From Deltaproteobacteria bacterium (lineage in GTDB: Bacteria > Myxococcota > Kuafuiibacteriia > Kuafuiibacteriales > Kuafuiibacteriaceae), in contig JAVJQW010000011.1 of NCBI GenBank assembly GCA_040218735.1, forward strand, positions 448,001 through 512,000: a DNA stretch of 64,000 nt, given 5' to 3'. The notes below the pieces were generated by a model. It saw only the letters and a program-made list of their open reading frames with translations, did no database searches and was not told the DNA's origin. The position numbers and the translations under genes are program-made. Positions 38,201 through 46,263 of this stretch are shown here, in pieces. The first letter of the stretch is position 1, and every line of letters starts with the position of its first letter.

Positions 38201-39475
38201 GTGCACCCCCTCGCCGCCGAAGCCGCCGCCGCCGAGGCGGCGGGCGACCTCGACCGCGCGCTCGCGCTCTACCAACGCCTGGAGACCGAAGCGCCCGACG
38301 CGCCGATGTGGAGCAAGAAGCTCGCTGGCGTTCATCGTCAGCGTAATGATCTCGACGCCCGCATCGAAGCGCTCGTCCGCGCCGCCGACAAACACAACGC
38401 GCGCGGCGAGCTGATGAAGGGCATCGCGACGCTCAAGAGCGCGCAAAACATCGCGCCCAAGCACCCCGCGCTCCTCACCGCGATGGACCGCCTCCGCCGC
38501 GCACGCCCGAGCACCCCCGCCGCATCGCCCGCGCTCCCGCAGGTCGGCGATCAGGCGCTCGCGGTCATCCCGTTGATTCGACGCGCGCGCGCCGCGTCCG
38601 GGATCACACCGCCGATCGTCGAGGTCCAGTCGCGCGACCTCGACCCGCGCGCAGAGCCGAACGACCCGATCCCCCTCGACATCCTCCCGCCCATACCGCT
38701 GTTCTCCTCGCTCGACGGCGACACGTTCGCGCGCCTCCTCGACCGCAGCACGCAGCGCCCCGTCGCGGACGGCGCCACGATCTTCGAAAAGGGCACCCGC
38801 GGCGACGCGCTGTTCGTCGTCGTCGACGGCGCCGTGGACGTGTTCCTCGCGCCCGACGCCCCGCCCGTCGCGCGCCTCACCGAAGGCACCTTCTTCGGCG
38901 AGATGAGCCTGTTCACCGGACGCCCGCGCAACGCCACCGTGCGTGCGTCCGGCCCCGGCGAGCTCCTGGTGATCGACCACGACGAGATCCACGCGCTGAT
39001 CGGTGAGGCCCCCGAGATCCTCTCCAACCTCCTCGAGTTCTTCCGCGAGCGCCTCGCCACGAACGTGCTCATGCGCCTCGGCGGCGCCGACCTGTCCGAG
39101 GCCTCACGCCGGGAGCTGCGCGCGTGTTTCACGCTCCTCGATGTCGCCGCCGACCACGCGATCATCGAGCAGGGGCGCCCCTCGCCCGGCCTGTTCGTTG
39201 TGGTCGACGGCACGCTCTCCGTCGACCACGTCTCCGCGTTCGGCAACCCCGCGGAGATCGCGACCCTCGAACCCGGCGCCATCTGCGGCGAGATCTCTAC
39301 CATGACGGAGGTCCCCGCCACCGCGACGGTCATCGCCAAGACCGACGCGATCGTCCTCGGCCTCCCCCGCGAAAACCTCGGCGCCGTCGCCGCACGTCAC
39401 CCGGTGCTCCTCGACTACGCAAGACAACTTGCGGCCGAGCGCCTCGAAGCGCTGAACGGCCCGCTCTGGACCTGA
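38201..39475 (+). CDS. TPR protein with two cyclic-nucleotide-binding domains
   Basis: FFGEMSLFTGRPRNATV (intact phosphate-binding cassette) and ICGEISTMTEVPATATV (Arg missing); N-terminal TPR-like helices. Confidence 0.85.
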   Translation: MHPLAAEAAAAEAAGDLDRALALYQRLETEAPDAPMWSKKLAGVHRQRNDLDARIEALVRAADKHNARGELMKGIATLKSAQNIAPKHPALLTAMDRLRRARPSTPAASPALPQVGDQALAVIPLIRRARAASGITPPIVEVQSRDLDPRAEPNDPIPLDILPPIPLFSSLDGDTFARLLDRSTQRPVADGATIFEKGTRGDALFVVVDGAVDVFLAPDAPPVARLTEGTFFGEMSLFTGRPRNATVRASGPGELLVIDHDEIHALIGEAPEILSNLLEFFRERLATNVLMRLGGADLSEASRRELRACFTLLDVAADHAIIEQGRPSPGLFVVVDGTLSVDHVSAFGNPAEIATLEPGAICGEISTMTEVPATATVIAKTDAIVLGLPRENLGAVAARHPVLLDYARQLAAERLEALNGPLWT

Positions 39476-39477
39476 CC

Positions 39478-41181
39478 TCAGCGCGGGCAGTGCGGCACGT
39501 AGGTCACCGTGATCTCGGATCCCGGCGGCGGGATGCGACGTTCGCTGAACGTGATCCATCGCCCGTCCGGATCGTACGCGTAGCCATCGAACGCGTCGCG
39601 CGGGACGAACGCGCCATCGACGCGGACGTCGAGCGTCAGCTCGTCGGCGTGGTGCTTCAACCCGAAGCGGCTACGCGGCCGAAACACGTCGAGGCCAAGC
39701 GACGTCAGCAACGGCGACCAGTCGTCCGCGCAGATCCCGAAGAACATGCCCCCCGTCGCGTCGACCATCTGGGAGTAGCGCAACGCTCGGTTGGCGAACG
39801 GGCACCCCATCGGGAGCGGACCGGCGATCGCGTGGAAGCGCACGCGACTTCGGTCGAAGTCCTTCGCCGCGAACATCGCGTCGAGGAGGACGTCGTCCGG
39901 CAGCAGTGACTGATCGTCCTCGTCGCTGATCGCGACGATCGCGAGGTCCGCGTGCGGACGCAGGAACCCGGCGTTCGGGTTGCTCGACGTCTGGTCGTCC
40001 GACTGCGCGCGCTCCAGCGCGATGCGCGTCGCACCGGCCGCCGTCTCCGTCGCGAACCCCATCGTCCCCACCTCGACCATGCAGGAGAACGCTTCGTTGC
40101 GCGCGTCGTTGTCCAGGTACGACGCACCGACCACCGGCGGATGCGGCGCACACGTCCTGAAGACACCGGCCCCACTCTCGAGCTCCTGCGCCTCGATCAC
40201 CGCCATCTGGTAGTCGGCCCCGAGCCCCTCGGCGTAGTCGACGAACTGACCGAGGTTCGCGACGAGCCGCGCCTGCTCCTCCTCCATCGAACCGCTGGAG
40301 TCGATCGCCCACAGGATGTCGACCGCCACCTCCGTGCCCTGGTGGAACGTCTCGACGATCGGCGACGCGTCGATCCCACGCCCCGCCAGGTTGACCTCGG
40401 AGACCCCCTCGGGGGCGTCGTGGAGCAACCTCAGCACATCCCGCTGCTCGCCGTAGGCGGTGGGCGTGTAGCGGAACGCCACCTCGGCGCGCTGGTTGCG
40501 CTCCAGAACGAAGGGCCCCCGCTGCTGAATCGTCCCGCCGACCTCGATGTACTCGACCTCGAACGGCGACGGCGGGACGACGGTGCCCACGTGCAAGAGC
40601 CCGTACCCCACGTTCTTCACGCGCAGGTACGCGAGCTCCGACGCACAGAACGATGGCGAGCCCGGACCGTCCGTCGACTCGTAGACGACGTCGCCGAACT
40701 CGAGGAGCGTCCGGTCCAACTCGATGCGCGGAGCAACCACGTCACCGCGCATCGTCAGGCGCAAGTGAGCTTGCGCTTGGTCGTCGAACGCAAACTGCAC
40801 CGAGCCCGACTCCTCGGGCCAAGTGTCGGAGCCGACGTAGACGACCGTGAGCGTGTACGTGTCGCGCGCGCGCAGCGTCGTCGGTGGCGACGCGTAGCCC
40901 TCCATCGAGAAACCGCCGCTGTCGCTGTCGAGCGTCATCGACGTGAGCTGCACGTCCCAGTCGCAGTGGCTCCGAATGATCGCCTCGCGTTCGTGTCGCT
41001 CGCCCGCCTGCTGATTCACGAACCGAAGGAAGTCCTCGTCGAGCTCGATGCACGCGTACCGCGCGGACTCACCGATCCCCGGCAACGCCGGCCCGCCGTC
41101 GCGACCCTCGAGGTCCACCGAGCCGGCGACACACCCGGTCGCGAGCGCGCAGACCGGAAGGAAGCTCCACGCGACGTGCAT
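39478..41181 (-). CDS. lipoprotein with Ig-like (choice-of-anchor D/ASH-like) domains and vWA domain
   Basis: Lipobox ATGC; LEFGDV..VKNVG; VDILWAIDSSGSM MIDAS; ISDEDDQS. Confidence 0.8.
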   Translation of the reverse strand: MHVAWSFLPVCALATGCVAGSVDLEGRDGGPALPGIGESARYACIELDEDFLRFVNQQAGERHEREAIIRSHCDWDVQLTSMTLDSDSGGFSMEGYASPPTTLRARDTYTLTVVYVGSDTWPEESGSVQFAFDDQAQAHLRLTMRGDVVAPRIELDRTLLEFGDVVYESTDGPGSPSFCASELAYLRVKNVGYGLLHVGTVVPPSPFEVEYIEVGGTIQQRGPFVLERNQRAEVAFRYTPTAYGEQRDVLRLLHDAPEGVSEVNLAGRGIDASPIVETFHQGTEVAVDILWAIDSSGSMEEEQARLVANLGQFVDYAEGLGADYQMAVIEAQELESGAGVFRTCAPHPPVVGASYLDNDARNEAFSCMVEVGTMGFATETAAGATRIALERAQSDDQTSSNPNAGFLRPHADLAIVAISDEDDQSLLPDDVLLDAMFAAKDFDRSRVRFHAIAGPLPMGCPFANRALRYSQMVDATGGMFFGICADDWSPLLTSLGLDVFRPRSRFGLKHHADELTLDVRVDGAFVPRDAFDGYAYDPDGRWITFSERRIPPPGSEITVTYVPHCPR

Positions 41182-41255
41182 TCCACCATTGTGTACCGAG
41201 ATGGAGCCGCGGTTGGAGCGCAAGACCGCGCGCACACGGTAGAACTACATCCCCC

Positions 41256-43541
41256 TCAGAGCGCACACCCAGGCATGTACGTCACCACGATCTGCGATCC
41301 GGGCGGAGGCACCGCGTTCGGCGCGAACACGACGAGCCGTCGCGACGGCACGTAGATCCACCCGTCCGCGGGGTCGTTCGCGACCGGGACCCCGTCGACC
41401 GTGACGACCAGCGTCGACTCCACGGCGGGCCGCGACAGGTACCACTGATCCTCGGGCGTGAAGACGTCGAGCCCGAGGTTCTGGAGCAGCGGCTGCCAGT
41501 CGTCCTCGCAGATGCTGTAGAACTGCCCGTTCGTCTGGCGCGCGAGCGTCGAGTAACGATGCCCGGCCGACGCCGTCGCGCACCCGGTCGGCAACGGGCC
41601 CGCGATTGCGTGGACCGACACACGATTCCGTTGCCCGTTCTTCACGCCGTAGAAGAAGTCACGCAGCACGATGTCCGGGCTCGACGACTGGTCGTCCTCG
41701 TCGCTGATCGCCACGATGACCAGCTCCGCGTCCTCGCGTACGAACCCCGCGTTCGGGTTCGTCAGCGGATTCTGATCGGGGTCCGTCGCCCGCCGCAACG
41801 CCTCGCGCGCGCCCCCGAGACCGGACTCCAACCCCACACCGTTGACGCCGAGCGCGAACATACACGCGAAGACCTGATCGCGAACGGCGCTCGTCATGTA
41901 GTTGGAGTCGATGATCGGGGGGTGCCCGTCGCACTGCTCGAACGTCCCCGCGAGCGAGGAGACCTCTTCAGCCTCCGTGACCGCCATCTGGTAGTCCACG
42001 CCGTTCGCGTCCGCGTACGCGACGAACTGCGACAGGTTCGCGATCAGCTCCTCCTGCTCCTCGCCCATCGAACAGCTCGCATCGATCGCCCACAGGATGT
42101 CGACGGCGAGCGTGGCCGGCTGGTTGAACACCTCGGTGATCTGCGACCGCGGCTCGCCCTGTCCGATCAGCGCGGTGATCTGCGTCCGCTCTTCACCGTC
42201 GTGTCGGATCCGAAGCTGCCCTCGATGCTCCGCCGCCGCGGTCGGGCGATACCGCAACACGAACCGCGCCACCGCATCGACGGGGATCTCGATCGGGAGA
42301 TTCAGCTCCGTCTCGATCGTCCCACCGACGTCCACGTACGCGAGCTCGAACTCACCCGCGCTGTCGAGCTCGACCTCCCGCACCGGCAACGGCGTACGCC
42401 CGGTGTTGATCACCAGAGCCTCCATCTCCTCCGACGCACACGTCGAAGGGGAGCCCGGCCCCGCCGTCGGCTCGTAGATGACCGGCTCGAACCGGAGGAT
42501 GAACGGGTGCAACGTCCCGCGCGGCCGCACGACGAACCCCTCCAGCGCGACCGGTAGGATCGCGTCGTAGTAGTCGTCGGTCTGGATGTTGAGCAGCCCC
42601 TGCGCGAAGAAGCTGGGGCCCGGCACCGGCGAGAACCTCGCGTCCACCCGCGCGCGCGAGCTCGGCGCAATGACGATCGGGAGGTCCCGTTCGTCGACCG
42701 TGAAGCCGCCGTCGGCGCTGATGATCGACAGGTCCGTGATCGACACGATGTGGTCGCACTCGCTGACCACGTTCACGAACGACGACGCCGTGTCCCCGGG
42801 GAGGATGGTGTTGAAACGAATCACCTCGCGGTCGACCGACAGACAGCGCGATCGCTCCTGCCCCGCGAGCGTCGCGGTCGCCCGGGCACCGCCCTCCGCG
42901 CGCGCCGTGAGCTGACGAACGGGGCGCCCGCGGAACGCCGAGCCGGTGTGGCGGACGTCGACCGGGCGCGTCGCACCGGCTTCGAGGGTCAACGGGAGCT
43001 CGGGCGGGTTGGTGATCTCGAAGAACGTCTCGTCCGTCGACAGCTCCAGGAGTCTGCAGTCGGAGGTGCTCGTGTTCTCCAACCTCAGCGTCACCACTTC
43101 GTCGATCGCGAAGCTGGCGCTCGACGGCGCGAACAACAGCGCGCACGGCGCGCGGACGTCCGCGCGGATCCGGAGGCGGGCCTCTGGACGCTCCGGGTCG
43201 TTGCTCTCGAGGACGAGGGCGTCGTCGATGACACCCGGCACGGCGGGCGCGAGGCGAAGCTCGAGGCTCGCGCTGCTGTCGGGGGTGATCTGCGTCGGCG
43301 CGCCGATGACGCTGAGTTGACCGGACTCGACGAAGACCCGTGAGAAGACCAGCGCCGCGTTGCCCTCGTTCTTCACGAGGACACGGAAGCCGTCGACCGG
43401 GTCGCCGATCGTCACCGCGCCGAAGTCGACGACGGTGTCCGTCTCCGGCACGAGCACCAGCTTCGGCGCCTGCCGGGCGACCTGGTCCCCCTCACACGCC
43501 AACGCGCCGACGGCGACGAGGAGCACGAGCCACGACCGCAT
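41256..43541 (-). CDS. lipoprotein with multiple Ig-like domains and vWA domain (paralog of 39478-41181)
   Basis: Lipobox ALAC; VDFGAV..VKNEGNAAL; SNDPERP; VDILWAIDASCSM; ISDEDDQS. Confidence 0.85.
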   Translation of the reverse strand: MRSWLVLLVAVGALACEGDQVARQAPKLVLVPETDTVVDFGAVTIGDPVDGFRVLVKNEGNAALVFSRVFVESGQLSVIGAPTQITPDSSASLELRLAPAVPGVIDDALVLESNDPERPEARLRIRADVRAPCALLFAPSSASFAIDEVVTLRLENTSTSDCRLLELSTDETFFEITNPPELPLTLEAGATRPVDVRHTGSAFRGRPVRQLTARAEGGARATATLAGQERSRCLSVDREVIRFNTILPGDTASSFVNVVSECDHIVSITDLSIISADGGFTVDERDLPIVIAPSSRARVDARFSPVPGPSFFAQGLLNIQTDDYYDAILPVALEGFVVRPRGTLHPFILRFEPVIYEPTAGPGSPSTCASEEMEALVINTGRTPLPVREVELDSAGEFELAYVDVGGTIETELNLPIEIPVDAVARFVLRYRPTAAAEHRGQLRIRHDGEERTQITALIGQGEPRSQITEVFNQPATLAVDILWAIDASCSMGEEQEELIANLSQFVAYADANGVDYQMAVTEAEEVSSLAGTFEQCDGHPPIIDSNYMTSAVRDQVFACMFALGVNGVGLESGLGGAREALRRATDPDQNPLTNPNAGFVREDAELVIVAISDEDDQSSSPDIVLRDFFYGVKNGQRNRVSVHAIAGPLPTGCATASAGHRYSTLARQTNGQFYSICEDDWQPLLQNLGLDVFTPEDQWYLSRPAVESTLVVTVDGVPVANDPADGWIYVPSRRLVVFAPNAVPPPGSQIVVTYMPGCAL

Positions 43542-43589
43542 ACCCGCATTCTTACTCGAAACGCGGGCGTTTGGGTCCGTCCAGGTGAC

Positions 43590-44411
43590 CTACAGCTGAA
43601 TCTCGTAGAGGACGTCCGTCTCGGCGTCGACGACCAACGCGTGGTCGCCGTCGACCGCGAGGCCGCCGATCGCGCCGATACCGTGCCCGGAGAGGTCCGT
43701 TACGCGGTCGAACCGCTCGGTCTCGAGGTCCAGGCGGTACAGGCGGTCCCCCTCACCGAGGAGCATTCGGCCCGCACCGTCGATCGCGATGCCTCCGGCC
43801 GAGAACGCCGGGTCGTCGAGGTCGATCCAGCCGTAGCCCTCGCCGCCCTCGATGTCGAACTGACCGACCTGCGAGATCTCCGGGGCTGCATCCGCGGAGT
43901 TCTGGAAGGTCTGCGGCTGCGCGAACAGCTTGTTGCGCTGGGCGTCGTAGGTGACCGAGCGGGTGAGCTGCACGATCGGGGTGGGCGCGAACTCGTCCTC
44001 GATGAAGCCGGGCACGTAGCAGAAGTACCGGCTGAAGGTGTCCGTGTTGGTGTCGTAGAGGAAGCCGTCGTTCAGCGCCGTCAGCGCGAACTTGCCGCCG
44101 CCGAGCGCGGCGACGTCCGTGATGTCCGACTGGGGCCAGGCGTCGTCGGCGATGAGGTCGGAGGTCCTGAAGACCAGCTCGGCGCCGTCCGCGTCGAGGC
44201 GGTACAGGCCGGCGAGCGCGTCGAAGACGTAGCGCTTGCCGTCGATCGGGTCGACCGTGACGCCGACCACATCGACGTCGCTCCCGCCGAGCTCCGCCCT
44301 CAGGGCCGTCTTCGCGACGACGCGGTTGTCGTCGTCGGGGTCGAGGTCGCGGACGGTGCCGCCACACGCGACGAGGAGAGAGGGGACGAGCAGGAGGCCG
44401 AAGCGGTTCAT
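43590..44411 (-). CDS. hypothetical lipoprotein, beta-propeller-like
   Basis: Lipobox LVAC; repeated G(V/I)(T/A)(V/I)D strands; YFCYVPG. Confidence 0.7.
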   Translation of the reverse strand: MNRFGLLLVPSLLVACGGTVRDLDPDDDNRVVAKTALRAELGGSDVDVVGVTVDPIDGKRYVFDALAGLYRLDADGAELVFRTSDLIADDAWPQSDITDVAALGGGKFALTALNDGFLYDTNTDTFSRYFCYVPGFIEDEFAPTPIVQLTRSVTYDAQRNKLFAQPQTFQNSADAAPEISQVGQFDIEGGEGYGWIDLDDPAFSAGGIAIDGAGRMLLGEGDRLYRLDLETERFDRVTDLSGHGIGAIGGLAVDGDHALVVDAETDVLYEIQL

Positions 44412-44424
44412 GCCTCGCCAGCTT

Positions 44425-44440
44425 TACAAGCGCCGTGCCG
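44425..44440 (-). promoter_or_regulatory. candidate sigma54 promoter CGGCACG-GCGC-TTGTA for 43590-44411
   Basis: Correct -24/-12 spacing against TGGCACG-N4-TTGC, with GT in place of GC; 13 nt before the ATG. Confidence 0.45.
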
Positions 44441-44562
44441 ACCCGCCGCGCCACCTTGGAGGCGCGGCGCACCTCAGATGTCTGACGTTCGAGAACCGAC
44501 GGTCGACTTGTTTTCTTGGTCGCCGCCGCGCGCTTCGGGTATCAGCCGCACGAGCACCGTCC

Positions 44563-46263
44563 ATGACGAAGCTTCGCCGGTACCTCGCGCCCGCCGCGTT
44601 CGTCGCGCTCCTGCTCGTGCTCCACGTGCGCGCGCTGCTCGCCCACATGGAGAAGGCCTCCGACCCGTACTTCTTCAACGACGACGCCCGCATCCAGATC
44701 TTCCCGTTCTTCCGCTACTCGGAGCCGGCGGCCTTCGCGAACGACTACCTCGGCGACTACGCGCTCGCGCTCCTCCCGACCGGCTACCGGGCGCTGTACT
44801 GGCTCGGGGCGCACACCGTCGACGCGTTCACGTTGTCGAAGATCCTCCCCTACCCGATGTTTCTGTTCACGGTCGTGCTGGTCACGCTCGTGGCCTACCG
44901 CATCGGTCGCTACCCGGCCGCGTTCGTCGCCGCGACGATCGTGCTCGGCTCGAACCTCTACATCGAGCGCATCACCGGCGGCCTGCCTCGCTCCTTCGGC
45001 TACCCGCTCGCCGCCGCCGCGCTGTTCGCGCTGGCGTGGGGTCGGTGGCGCTGGCTCGCCGCGACCACGGTGATCGGCGCCGCGTTCTACCCGACGCTCG
45101 GGCTGTTCTCCGGATTGCTGCTCACGCTGTGGATGTTGGTCGCGCCCGCCGAGGATCGCGGCGACGCCAAGGACCTCACGCTGAAGCAACGCTTCGTCGT
45201 GCTCGCGTCGACGGCCGCGGTGTCGGCCGTGCTCCTCATCCCCCCCTCGCTGGGCTCCGCGGAGTTCGGCCCGCGCATCACGGGACGCCACTTCAAGATC
45301 TACCCCGAGGCCGGCCCGGGTGGGCTTTCGAGCGCCGAGGATCGTCCGCCCTTCTCCGCGGTGTTGCCGTCCGTCTCCAGCTTCATGGAGCGCGCGGTCG
45401 TCGGGTCCGGCGCTGCGTGGTGGCCGTGGCTCTCCGACAAGCTCACCGGGCTGAAGATGATCGTCGTCGACACGTTCCTCCTCGTGGGGTTCTTCGGCGC
45501 GTTCGTCCTCGCGCGCCGGCGCGACGACGTGCGGCGGCTCGCCCTCTTCCCGATCGCCGGAATCATCGGCCACCTCTTCGCGCGTGGCTTCGCCCCGTAC
45601 TTGTACGGGCCGAACCGCTTCGTGCTCTACACCGTGCCGCTCCTGTTCGCCGTGGTGTGTGGCATCGGACTCGTCGGGTTCGTGGAGCGATTCCTCCCCC
45701 GCCTCGACGACCTGCGAAAGGCGGCCGCCGCCGGCGGGCTGGCGCTGTTGTTCATGCTGATGATCGGCGGTCACGGGCACAAGAGCGCAGGCCTGTCCTT
45801 CGGGCTCGGACCGGCGCAGCAAAAGCTCGCCAACGCCGTCGCCGAGCTGCCGGAGGATGCGCTCGTCGGCGGGTGGCCCGATGACCCGATGAGCAACGTC
45901 CCGCTCGTGTCGCGGCGGCGCGCGCTGATCACCGGCGAGATGCACATCGCCTTCCACGTCGCGTACCTCGAACAGATGCGTGTCCGCATGCGCGCGCTGA
46001 TCGCCGCGTACTACGCGCGCTCCGCGGAACCGATCGAGAAGCTCCGCGACGAGCTGGGCGTCACGCACCTCATCGTGAACAAGGGCCACCTCACCGGGCC
46101 CGCCCCCGGCTACGCGACGCCGTACGGCGGCTGGATCCAGGCCGCGGTCGCCCGCGACAAAGGCAAACCTTACTACCTGCTCACGCACCTCGGTGCGCTG
46201 GCCGTGTACCAAGATCCGCAGTTCGCGATCCTCGACCTCTCCCGCATCCCCGCGACGCCATGA
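44563..46263 (+). CDS. polytopic membrane protein, GT-C-like glycosyltransferase architecture
   Basis: First TM followed by a DD-containing loop (FNDDARIQ); about 10-12 TMs; GGLPRSF; soluble C-terminal domain ending LGVTHLIV. Confidence 0.55.
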   Translation: MTKLRRYLAPAAFVALLLVLHVRALLAHMEKASDPYFFNDDARIQIFPFFRYSEPAAFANDYLGDYALALLPTGYRALYWLGAHTVDAFTLSKILPYPMFLFTVVLVTLVAYRIGRYPAAFVAATIVLGSNLYIERITGGLPRSFGYPLAAAALFALAWGRWRWLAATTVIGAAFYPTLGLFSGLLLTLWMLVAPAEDRGDAKDLTLKQRFVVLASTAAVSAVLLIPPSLGSAEFGPRITGRHFKIYPEAGPGGLSSAEDRPPFSAVLPSVSSFMERAVVGSGAAWWPWLSDKLTGLKMIVVDTFLLVGFFGAFVLARRRDDVRRLALFPIAGIIGHLFARGFAPYLYGPNRFVLYTVPLLFAVVCGIGLVGFVERFLPRLDDLRKAAAAGGLALLFMLMIGGHGHKSAGLSFGLGPAQQKLANAVAELPEDALVGGWPDDPMSNVPLVSRRRALITGEMHIAFHVAYLEQMRVRMRALIAAYYARSAEPIEKLRDELGVTHLIVNKGHLTGPAPGYATPYGGWIQAAVARDKGKPYYLLTHLGALAVYQDPQFAILDLSRIPATP

